Shown: positions 33,378 to 44,219, numbered from the stretch's first letter. The stretch: 64,000 nucleotides of DNA from an uncultured Candidatus Peribacteria bacterium (GCA_964560855.1 CAZLLU010000001.1:17051-81050), one strand, 5' to 3'. Notes: a model not told the origin generated them from the sequence alone. Translations and numbers: made by a program.

Positions 33378-34282
33378 TTACATATTTCTGATAGTTTTTG
33401 CTTGTCGGTCTGATAATACCGCGTTCCAGGAGATGCATTTATTTCCAATAGATATCGTTTTTTTTCTGGATTACAATAAGAGAAATCCATAGACATGATA
33501 TCGTTTCCGGAAAGATTCATGGAACGATATATTTTTCTCGCTAAAGACAATAGCTCTTTAGGTAATGAATCTCACGGTAAAGGGACTTGTTGTCATCAGG
33601 ATCAGATATTGCTTCTAAAGTCTCATGTTTTAGGCGTCCTTAATGTCGTCTCTATGATTTTTTTTCAAGCAAACATGAGTCTGATGTCATGGATTCATGT
33701 ACAGATTCATGGATATCATTTACTGAAATCTTTGAACTCTTGGACAATAAAAAGCTCTTCCAATCAAATATATTCGTCTTTTTTTCAGATAATATCCTGG
33801 GGAGTAGTGAGCACTATTCACTTTCCTCAATTGGCCCTGATAGGTTTGAGAAGTATCTTGTCTGAAAATTGCTCTTGAAGAGATGCTTTTGCAAAAAAAG
33901 TAGAAAGTAGACAAGATAATGGTTGATGCTTATAGGCAAATTTATAGATTTCAAATTTATCATTGCTCATTGTTGATATTTTTTGGGAGGGGACCGTGGA
34001 AAAATCTTGTAATACATCGTATTTGTAGGTTACAAATGCTCATCTCCTTGACCGAATGATGTCAGGAATAAATTCTTTTTTTATGGTTTTTGCTTTGCCA
34101 TGTGCATCGAAGATAGCATACTCGTCAAATGATTTGCGTTTAGAAGAAAAGTGATTTATACTTACTCTTACTAATTCTATGCCATGTGCAAAAAAAAATT
34201 CTTGCATAAAAAATTTCGCTCAATATTCGTCCTTACCTTTGTATGTTCATGTATAAGAATTTTCTATCGCTATTTTTAGCAT
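33326..34282 (-). CDS. ATP-grasp ligase (RimK / glutathione-synthetase-like subtype), 318 aa
   Basis: This gene is invisible in the standard-code track because it has more than 15 in-frame TGA. LLKPIRAN-GG-K-G-IVL, IVQEFKD, IHDIRLMFA-G-KKI, T-G-DFRSNI-G-S-GG-QQ, LLEINASPG. TAG stop at 33326-33328. Confidence 0.7.
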
Positions 34283-34295
34283 ATATAAGATTGTA

Positions 34296-36755
34296 TTATA
34301 CAATAAAACATACATCATTTATTTTTATTTTGCCTTTATATATTCTGTCTGTAGATTCTCAATCTTTCATTCGTTTTTTTACCATGTCGTATCATTCCAA
34401 GTAGATCTTATCTTTTATAAAAACAGTTCCCTGGTGCTTGATAGATGTGTGCTCTATTCCTTTTTTGATTCTCAAGACTCATTTGAAGAGTCTTTCTATG
34501 TCTTTATCCGGATTAAGAAAGCTGAGTAATTCGAATGTTTTCCTGAAGTCACGATTCTCAGACTCTTTGACGAGATAATATTTCTTATAAATACTATCCT
34601 TCTCATATTCTTCAGGTAATATCTTACTTGCATTGTAGATAGCTAATCCCTCTTCATCCTTGAGATAATTCGCTGTCCCTGATTTTAAAATATTCCATCC
34701 AGATTTTAGTCAGTTCAGATGCCTAATGAGATGAGTATCTATTTCGTGGGCCAAAACAGAAAGTAATTCTTTTTCTCTGAATATTCCGTGTTTTGAAATA
34801 CTGATTTTGATTTGTTTTCCCATAATTACTGATATCCTTGAGAGATTTGTATAACTAAAAACAATATCCACTCCGTAGATTTTTTTCTCTGCAAGATATT
34901 TTTCGATGGTTTTTTCTATTTCTGAAAGCGTTAGTGGCTCTCCCAAAAGCTTTTGATTATCTTGATTGAGACTAAATACTTTTTCTTTGGATATTTTCAA
35001 TAGTTCTTCATCGAAATCACCAAATAGCTTTTTGTTGTATAACGCGATGTTTTTAAAGTCTTGTTTGCTGTAAGCGAGGATGAGACATCTTCTCTGTTCC
35101 AGTTCTTCCAGTTTCTCTACGAAAATTTTAGCAAAAGGGCTTTTGAATTTGGCTAATTGTTTTTGAAGCTTATCTATCGCTATTTTAGTCTCCAATAATT
35201 TTTCTTCCTTTGGTCGTTTGTATTGGAAAACAGGATTATATTTCCCCTGAAGAGTGATAAATTTATCCAGTTCACTGAAATAGTTGGTGGGTCTTAATCT
35301 AGCGGAAAGATTCAATCTTTTACTGATTTTCTCTATCTTTTTGTCGATGGCATGGAGCTCATTGCTTTCAAGCTTATCCAGATATTTTGGCTGTATGATG
35401 TCCACTATTTCATATGTCTTATGGATAGGTTTAACGAGATAATTGCTCGCAGTCTTGTTTCCAAGTATGATCTTGTTTTCAGGAAGATTTTCAAGGATGG
35501 AAAACTTGGATTTTTTGAGCACAATCTCATTTTCATAGAGATCCAGATATCGTTCTCTTTTGTTCTCTTTGATTTTGTCGAATAATTTTTGGGACATATA
35601 ATTCCCCAATCTATTAAGATCGACTTCGACGACAATATCTATTTTTTCTTCTTCTTCCTTTTTTTTGATGATGAAATTCGCGTATTGAGAGAGATAGAGT
35701 ATTTTAGAACCTAAAAGGTCATATTTTTCTGGGCTAAAAAGACTTTTCGCTATTTCTACGCCCTTTTCGGGATCGGAGACTTTGAGATCTTCTATCTTAT
35801 TTAGGATATTTTTTAGTCTTGTGTCAGTGACTTTCTGTACCTCTAAACCGGCTCTTGCATTGATTTCCAATAATTTCGGACCCTCGTTGGTGATGACCCG
35901 GTCGAGCGCGAGATATCCGAGATTGACGAAATATTGTACTTTCGATGAAAGGAAAAGTATGTCGTTCCGATAAGGAATCTTTTTGTTTTGAAAATGTGCG
36001 AATCTTTTTGGAAATCTGGTTTTGTAGATTTTTTTCTTCCGGAGTAGGGAAGTGATCTTGCCGCTTCAAACTTCGATTCCGAATCCGAGTCATCATTGTG
36101 CGAGATTCGCTTTGCCTCACGATTCTTTTGTCGGTACTCTGATCATAGTAGCGACGGGGACGAGATTGAAAACAATAATTCTGATGTCCGCCAGTCAGAA
36201 TTCGCAGAAATCCTTGAAAAGCTCTCCAGCAATGAGTTTCTCTTCGATGATAATCTTATCGCTACCGAGGGTCATGGAGTATTTTCCATCGAGGATATCA
36301 AGGAGGCGCCTTCTGAATTCCTGGTCAGTGAGGATTTTATCTCATATCTGATAGGTTCAAGAATGCTGGTGATCTTCAAACCTTTGAAAAAAAGCCTTTT
36401 TGATTATGTTTCATCGCTGTCTGAGTTTGTTGGATGCTACTGTTTCCCTTTTTGGCATATCTCCTTCTGGCTGTTCTTCGGGAATATATTTGACGATATA
36501 GACTCCTTGTCCTTTGCTTCATTGATTCGGTTTCACGACGAAATTCTTTTTGGGGAGATAGGAAAAATCAAACTCATAGAGTTCTTTACGACTAGAGATG
36601 ATGCCGTAAGTCTTGGCGAACGGGATACCTCTTTCTATAAGAAAATCTTTCGTCTGGAGTTTATCGTTAGCTAGACGAATGCCTTTCTTATGATTGAACT
36701 TCTTGATATAGAGGAGGTTCCTAGCATTGTTGCCGAGGATCCCGGAATCGAACAT
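34296..36755 (-). CDS. Fusion protein: alpha-L-glutamate-ligase-like ATP-grasp (N) + DUF1704/MATCAP-like QEGLA-motif peptidase domain (C), 819 aa
   Basis: ORFs 36519-36755 and 34710-35870 share a frame. I read every codon from 35871 to 36518 and from 34296 to 34709. The N-terminal part carries GILGNNARNLLYI, VVKPNQ-G-SKGQGV, S-GG-KANLAQ-GG-LGFGIEV and LLEINARAGLEVQ. The C-terminal part carries LAHEIDTHLIRH and KDEEGLAIYNA. Confidence 0.75.
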
Positions 36756-36919
36756 AGTTCATGAGGGAGGTAAAGATAACGCATCTCCTATAACTAAAAA
36801 TAGTTGAAAATCAATGTTTGCTTTAAACCACAGTTTGTAATGTTAAGCTTGACTTTTGTAGTTAAATAGATAAACTCCGTAATAAGAAATAAAAAAAATA
36901 ACCATTAAAAAAATGAATT

Positions 36920-37753
36920 ATGAATACACTATTAAAATTGCTCTATGTGAGCATTGTTACATTCGCCCTCATGTTTATGGGGTGTGAGAAAGATCCCGTG
37001 ATTCCATCGTTCTGTGAATTCGGAGATCAGGCTGGCCCAGAATTAGTGGTCGGTGAGCAATATGTGGACGCTCATAGGGGTGGATTATCACACCCCGATG
37101 CTTGCGATGCAATTGCGAACAAAATAACAAAAGGTATACAAAAAAAATTGTATAGCGAAATTATTCCTGAGCTTGACATGTTTGTAGCATCGGCTACAGA
37201 AATGTACAGAAAGAAAGATGAATATAAAGACATGTCGAATTGGTGGAAAGTGTCCAGAACCTATCTTATTAAAAAATTAAAGGGGAAAGATAAAGACATA
37301 GTAGACGACGATGTCGTTCGTGTATTACCTCTTTATGCAGAGATGTTGGACAAACGCATCATCCCGTATGTCATGGATAATATTTGTTATGGTGGAGGTG
37401 TGCGTGATGTATGGACCGATAACATGATAAAAAACACATTTGTTGACACCATTCCCTACGATCTTACTCATCAACCCTGGGTAATCACTCCTTGGTGGGA
37501 GTGCTATTATTATTTCTATTACTATGCTGTTGATCCCGGCAATTATGCCGAGGCCAAGAGTATGGGAATGAATGTTCCTTCTGTCGATTCGCTTATGGTC
37601 ATCTTCCCCATAGAAGAGATAAAAAATCAGACCGACTTAAGAGAATACCGTAAGGAGTCAATTAAAAAATATGACTTCATGCAGGCAGATTGGAAACCGG
37701 TTCCGACATCCAAAGTACAGATGTACAAGGATGAAGAAGAGCTAAAAAATTAA
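36920..37753 (+). CDS. Lipoprotein, hypothetical (277 aa); GC-richer than its neighbours
   Basis: Uninterrupted ORF. Lipobox FALMFMGC. Trp/Tyr-rich (PWWECYYYFYYYAVDPG). TAA stop followed by a hairpin. Confidence 0.7.
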   Translation: MNTLLKLLYVSIVTFALMFMGCEKDPVIPSFCEFGDQAGPELVVGEQYVDAHRGGLSHPDACDAIANKITKGIQKKLYSEIIPELDMFVASATEMYRKKDEYKDMSNWWKVSRTYLIKKLKGKDKDIVDDDVVRVLPLYAEMLDKRIIPYVMDNICYGGGVRDVWTDNMIKNTFVDTIPYDLTHQPWVITPWWECYYYFYYYAVDPGNYAEAKSMGMNVPSVDSLMVIFPIEEIKNQTDLREYRKESIKKYDFMQADWKPVPTSKVQMYKDEEELKN

Positions 37754-37772
37754 CAGTATTAACCTTTTTCAA

Positions 37773-37796
37773 GCGGAGATTATTATCTCCGCTTTT
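37773..37796 (+). terminator. Rho-independent terminator
   Basis: GCGGAGAT-TATT-ATCTCCGC followed by TTTT. Confidence 0.75.
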
Positions 37797-37889
37797 GCTT
37801 AACTGCAAAAAAAACTCTTATATATTTCATTTGAATTCCGTATCGGCTTTGCTACTACTATATACGACTTTATTTTTTTGATTGCTACG

Positions 37890-39449
37890 ATGAAATTATT
37901 CGTATACAACACACTCACACGTCAGAAAGAGGAATTCGTTCCGTTGATGGAAGATCCAAATTATAAAGGTCCAAAAAAGGATTTTGTCGGAATGTATTCG
38001 TGCGGACCTACCGTCTATCGGGATCCAAGTATCGGAAATTATAGAGCAACCTTCACCGCTGATTTGATCAAAAACACACTGAAATTACTCGGATATAACG
38101 TAAAAGCAGTGATGAATATTACCGATGTCGGACATTTGACTTCAGACGCTGATGAAGGAGAAGATAAGCTTGAAAAGTGAGCGAAACGTGAGGGAATCTC
38201 TGCACGGGAAGTTGCTCAGAAATATGAAAAAATTTTTAAAGAAGGAATGAAAGCACTCAATATTGATGAGTTCGATGTGATGCCCAGAGCGACAGAACAT
38301 ATTCAAGAACAAATTGATTTGGTGAAATCATTAGAGGAAAAAGGATACACTTATACTGTCGAAGGAGACGGAATCTATATGGATACGAGCAAAGTAGAAA
38401 AATATGGAGAACTCATGTGACCAAATTACAAAAAGCGTTTAGCTGATTTGAATGCATGAGAAAGGGTAGAGATGGGAGGAAAAAAACATCCGACTGATTT
38501 CGCTTTACGGAAATTTTCTCCGACAGGGGAGCAGAGACAGATGGAGCGAGACTCGCCATGGGGAAAGGGATTTCCTGGTCGGCATATCGAATGTAGTGCG
38601 ATGTCTTCAAAATATCTTGGCAATCAATTTGATATCCATCATGGAGGAGCGGATCATATCACCATCCATCATCCTAACGAAATAGCTCAGTCTGAATGTG
38701 GATTTGATGTTCATCCTCGAGTGAAATATCGAATCCATAACGAATTCCTTCAGGTCGATGGCGGCAAGATGAGTAAATCATTAGGGAATGTTTACAATTT
38801 GAACGATATTCAAACTAAAGGATTTTCACCATTGGATTTGAGATATTTCTACTTCATGGCACAATATGGAAACTTCCAGAATTTTACTTGGGATCAATTG
38901 GATGCTGCAAAAAATGCAAGGAATAATTTAAAGAAAAAAATAAGTTTTCATAAGATTAATCAAGAATGTGTTAATAAAATTAAAACATATTTTGAAAATA
39001 AGGAATACGGAAAATTAAAAGAAAAAAATGATTCAAATAAAAAAGTTTGGTTTGTGATTGATCAAGAAAATGAAAAAATGATTGGAGATTACTTCCAATC
39101 TTACTGAATATTCCAAATATTTTTTCGTAATATTACAGAAGCTTTATTAGATAATATAAATACTCCGAAAATTATTGCTTGGCTTTATGAATCGAATTTT
39201 AATGATGATAGTAAAAAATATGTGCTTGCTTTAATTAATTTCTTAGAAGATAATTTCTTGAAACTTTGATTATTTGAAATGGAGCTAATCCCTGAATGTC
39301 CCGCTGAAGTGACTTTACTCGCAGACCAGAGAATCGAAGCGAAGAAAAATAAGGACTATGCATTAGCGGATGAACTCAGGAACAAAATCACTGCGTTATG
39401 ATTTCAAGTAAAAGACAGTAAAGATGGATACGAAATAGGTAAACTTTAG
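37890..39449 (+). CDS. cysS: Cysteine--tRNA ligase
   Basis: [35 protein letters not shown]-terminal [25 protein letters not shown]. Pieces 37878-38180 and 38472-39107 share a frame. TAG stop at 39447-39449. Confidence 0.9.
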
Positions 39450-39464
39450 TTGTTTATTATATAA

Positions 39465-39809
39465 ATGGATCGAAAAAAATCTTTTAGAGAATGAAAGGAA
39501 ATAATTCTTTCTACAAGTTCTAAATCATGAATGCCTCATGCAAATATTGTGATTTCGTTGTGATTTGTAGATGATAAATTGCTAGTAGCAGACTGTCAGA
39601 TGACAATAACTATTAAAAATCTAAAAGAAAATCCTCGTATATGTGTTGTTAGTAAATATTATAGAATAGATGGAGTAGTGGAAATATCGTGATCTTGAAA
39701 ATATTTTGATATTGCAGTCCAGAAAAGTGAGTGATATACGGTAAAAAATGCTCTATTGGTTTCTATTGAAAAAGTGACCGATATGGATTCCGGGAAAGTT
39801 CTCTTATAG
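39465..39809 (+). CDS. Pyridoxamine 5'-phosphate oxidase-family (FMN-binding split-barrel) protein
   Basis: MPHANIVISL-G-FVDDKLLVADCQMTITIKNLKENPRICVV. 114 aa with 6 in-frame TGA. TAG stop at 39807-39809. Confidence 0.55.
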
Positions 39810-39878
39810 TTCATAATATTATATTGTTTTTTAGAAAAAATATAGAACAAAAGAATATTAAAATATTTCAAAAAGAAA

Positions 39879-41519
39879 TTATGGTGCTGATGATATTTCA
39901 CCAGTCCAAATTTCTATAGCTCATGAGAGGGGAATGTGTGCGAGGACATACATCCCTTTTTTTGTTGCTTCAGAAAAGTATTGATCAAACAAAAAATTTC
40001 ACAGACTATAGATGATAGGTTTTCCCTGATATCGTTGAATGTCTTGAATGACGTGCGGATGATGTCCTATGATAATATCGGCTCAGCAATCAATAAGTTT
40101 TTTTCCGATATTTTCTTGTAGGATATTGTGCGTAGTTTGATATTCGGTTCCTCGATGAATGCTTACGATATTTTTGTATCATAATGTTTGGTATTTTTTG
40201 AGATCATCACAATAATCTTCTATATCACCAGAGAATCTGTTGTATAGGTTATATGCATGAAGCGCGAGAGGTATGCCACGGATAGTTTTTGTGAGGACTG
40301 TATTTTTGTTGATTCATTTGAAGTGTGTCCATCCAGCATAGGAGATATTTTGCTCTTGTAAGGTATGGATGGTTTGCATATATCACTCTTGTCAGTCGTC
40401 TCGAGCATGATTGTTGGCAATGGTTACCGTATCAAATCACAGTGATTGAAGCGTTCAAAGGATCGTTCATGAAGAACAGAAAGAAATACCATTAGTATGA
40501 TGCGTACAATTTTCATCGACTCGTGGTGTTTCTAGATTGAAACCAAGGAGATCCAAACCAAATCATTTCCTGTGAATATTGGTTTTGGGATTCAATACTA
40601 TATTTCATTGCTGATACCGATCTTGGAAATGCTGCTGTATTTTTTCTGGCGTATCCAATATCGATTTGACTCATCTATCAAAGATAAGATCACCAAAAAA
40701 TCAAAGCACTATCCCATTATCTTTATTGCATCCTCCCGTATAGAGAATGAATGCTCTAGAAGTATTTTCTTTCCCTAAGTCTTTCCCTACAATAGTGCTA
40801 CTAGAATCTCTTTTGAGAAGCCATGGATATTGTCTTTTGGTTTGTGCTCGAGTATTTACCAGATATAAACAAGTTGGACAATCGACTTCTATTGTAGTAT
40901 ATTCTTTTTGTGTCCGAGCATTCACCAACGTATAATAACTTTTGAGATCGTGGACGTATGCTCGCTGCTCTGATGTATAATGGGAAAAATCTACAGAAGC
41001 TATCACCAGAAGGTTATTGTTTTTTTCTAATTGATGTATTCTTTTAGCGAGTATATCCAGATTGCTGAAATCTCTTGGTGAGAGTTTGATGAACGATATA
41101 CTTGCTTGAGGGAAATATTTTTTCAGAAAGGGAAAATGAGCTCATCGTCCATGTTCTTTTATTCGTTTGTCAGGATATTTTTCTTGATCTGAAATATAGA
41201 TTGCATGAATGGGTAAACAAACCCCTTGGAAACAAATTGTCGTATCTATGATGTTTTCATAAAGATTATTCGTTCATTTATTAAAATGATCAGGACTGAT
41301 AATTACTATTTGTAATGACTTTCCCGAAAGATTATAGGTATCCAAGATATGTTTGTAGGCACTATCTATGGTAGGAGGTTGTATCGCGAAATGGGGGAGT
41401 ATAGCGAAATAGGTCTGATAATTTTTTTCTGGTATCGTTCTCGTATAGAAAAAACATACACTTATGCATCCACAGATGAATAGTCATGAGAAAAAATATT
41501 TCCGATAATGTTTGTGCAT
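39879..41519 (-). CDS. Fusion: N-terminal TM anchor + Memo-like (AmmeMemoRadiSam system protein B-like) domain + CapA/PgsA-family metallophosphatase-like domain, 546 aa
   Basis: VIISPDHFNK, IKEHGRGAHFPF and IASVDFSHYTSEQ in the Memo-like part. TVTIANNHARDD-G-QE-G, IHRGTEYQ, CGADIIIGHHPHVIQ and IIYSL-G-NFLFDQ in the CapA-like part. The frame was read codon by codon from 41519 to the TAA at 39879-39881. Confidence 0.7.
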
Positions 41520-41531
41520 ACGTGATAGGTG

Positions 41532-44054
41532 TTATTTCTGAAGTATCTTTTGGAGTGGTAAGGTGATAATCTCATCTTGTTTTGCAGCATCAAGTCACGC
41601 TCTTCGCTCTTCATCGGTATACCTTCATTTTTCTCCAGTAATTGCATCATCACTACCATAAAATTCAAATGTACTATATACAGGTCATATTACTGCTCTT
41701 GCACCATTAGCATCTTTGATATTAGCGATCAAAAGATACGGTCTTCCATTGGCAATATAGAGAGGACCATTTTTTTCTGAAGTGAATATATCTGCAATTA
41801 GTGCAGAGATGAAATCGTTATCACCGCCATCTATGACTTTTTGAGGATACAAGATACTCATGAGCTCATCATAATAGAGTCTCAATGTTTCATAGTCATC
41901 ATCACTGATAATTTGGTTGCTGCTTTCTTTGATAGCCATGTTTTTTACAAAAAGAAGGAAATCGTTAAAAGGTTCAAATGAAGCATTATCTCCAAAAAAT
42001 TGCTTAGTTTGTTCAGTAAGCGTGAGTAGCTCATCGACAAGATCAATATTAGGTTCTACATATCCTTTGGGTACAGGAAGTGCAGGAGGATTGATAATTA
42101 CACTACATTCATCTTCTCATCACATTCCCCGCTCGGCATACGCTTGTTTGACATATAGGAGGGTATCGTGTTTTAGTTCAGTATAATTTCACTGGAATGT
42201 ATTTAATTCTTTATATTTCCAAAGAGGGTCTTGCATGAAATAAGGGAGGTTATTACCAGAAAGCGCAAAAAGCCATCATAAGTCATTGAGCCATTGATGA
42301 TAGGTAGAACGAGAGAAATCGTGATTGAATATACCGCTTTGTGCTTCTTGTTTTGCTTTGCTATATCAATCGATTTGCGTTGATGTTACTTTATATTTGT
42401 TTTGTGCTTTTTGCATCCATATATCGACAAGATCTTGTATAAATCCGCTATTCACTAATCCATCCGGTACGATCAATGATGTCTGTACGTTAGGTTTGTA
42501 GGTAAATTCTTTCTCTGCTGTACCAGCTGTCATACGATCAAATATCCAACTATCGATAGTGAATTTTTCTCCGAAAAATACGAATCCCGCTGTTTCATCT
42601 TTTGCTTCTTGTTCAGTCACTGAGAGTATTTCTGGTGTTTGGTAATGGGTCGAAACGATCCTTTGTGGTCTGAGTTTTTTGAGCTCTGATTGGGTATTTT
42701 CTGAAACACTGTCAATGATATTCATATCTGATTTCCATCACGCTGTTTGTATGAAATCTTGGATATCCTTGATATTTACATCATCATCTTCACCTATGAG
42801 TTTTTGTATAGCATCATAGAGTTGAGAAAAACTTGTTAATTCTTCATTTTGAATATTATTGATCATAACGAGTGATGCTTTAGTTTGTTCGCTATCACGG
42901 AAGTAGAGTTTTTCTCTCATAAACCATTTCATCCCCATAAAATAGGTTTTGAGAAGACTACTTTTGGTGTAATGAGATCTTGGAGTAAATTGTGTATAAT
43001 CTTGTTGAATATCTATTGCTTCAGAGTTTGTTCCTGCAAGAGTAATAAGAAGAGGATCTTTTTCTCTTGATTGATCTGCTGCAAATATATTTTGTAAGGT
43101 TGTTTTTACTGCTTCTTGATAAAAGGTTGGAATCTTTGATTCAATGTTAGCAAGTTTTTGTAAACTAAGTGCTTTGATTTCTTCATTAGTTAAATCTGTT
43201 TCATCTGATGTGCTATTTTGCATTTTTTGATCTAGAGCAACCATGACCTCATCTTGAGGAACTAATAAGGTATATGGGATAGCTCGATATGCAGTAGCAT
43301 ATGCATAGTAAGGAGCTAATGCTGTATCTTTGTTTTGTTGATAGAGATTTGAAAACTTGGAAAACATAGATTCACTCAAATCTACCATAATAGTTCTTGC
43401 TGTGCTTTCTTCATAAAATCTTAAGGCGTTAGAGAATATCTTATGATAGAAATGTAATAGCATATCAGTGGTTACAAAAATGGTATTGTAGGAGAATCTT
43501 TGATAGTCTTGAGGCAATCCACCTATTTTTTGATAATAGAGTCCTCGTTCCTCTTGCATGAGCATTGGATTGTCAGCAGTCCGCATATTTCGATTTTCCC
43601 CAGGGTTGAAGATCAATCGTCCATGGTCATTCAGAAATGATTTTTGTGTCTCAGTAAGTGAAAAAGAAAGTCATCATCAGTTATATGCTCCAGTGATTTC
43701 GATATTACCTTTGTTAAGGTCGTTTCGAGATACCTTTTTATTGAATCATTGGCTGGTAGTGAGGGTTATGGTATCACATTGTTTGAGTGTTTCTACGCGT
43801 GATGGATCTATATCTTTTTCTCCTATGATTTTTTTTCGTGGCTGCTGAAAACCATTTTGCATACTTTCTAGATTTGTAATTTCTTTCATATCTGGCTTTT
43901 CCATTTTCCGTGTGAATGGATATTGTGATATTTTCCCTGACAACAATGCTGATCATGTGCTTAGTGATGTATTTGATATCGGTGTGCTCACCTGAGTACA
44001 TCATCCTAAAAAACACAAACATCATACCAATAAGAGCAATCATGTCTTTTTCAT
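41532..44054 (-). CDS. DUF3160-family lipoprotein, 840 aa
   Basis: MKKT-G-LLLLV-G-CLCFL-GG-C lipobox. FTPRSHYTKSSLLKTYFMGMKWFMR. ORFs 43746-43946, 42738-43616, 42366-42725 and 41685-41939 share a frame. TAA stop at 41532-41534, 12 nt before the next gene's start. Confidence 0.75.
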
Positions 44055-44104
44055 AGGAGAAAGAAAAAAAATAAAACAACAATACGGTAGATGAATATAT
44101 CTAT

Positions 44105-44152
44105 AGATAAAAATAGATGATATACAATAGATAAAAATAGATGATATACAAT
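44105..44152. repeat. Perfect 2 x 24-nt tandem repeat in a divergent promoter region
   Basis: AGATAAAAATAGATGATATACAAT occurs twice (44105-44128 and 44129-44152). Confidence 0.9.
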
Positions 44153-44219
44153 AAATTTTATTTGCATTCTTGTGGTGTTTACATACAAAAATATATATTT
44201 ATATCGATAACATGATACT

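Noticed and set aside
36096-36674. Long listed ORFs on the opposite strand of real genes. Examples: 36096-36674 (+), 47538-48218 (+), 53144-53698 (+), 50450-50971 (+), 50904-51482 (+), 25018-25590 (-), 44997-45383 (-), 22280-22783 (+), 4329-4886 (-)
   Set aside because: These are shadow ORFs antisense to genes with strong motif support (ATP-grasp, metG, ABC permease, sigma factor / S41 protease, AI-2E, MFS, DUF4230-like, murD). Their translations are low-complexity and motif-free.
41462-41668. Listed 68-aa ORF spanning the DUF3160 / Memo-CapA junction
   Set aside because: It lies in a different frame from both flanking genes. The DUF3160 frame runs to a TAA at 41532-41534 and the next gene starts at 41519, so the ORF is an overlap artefact.
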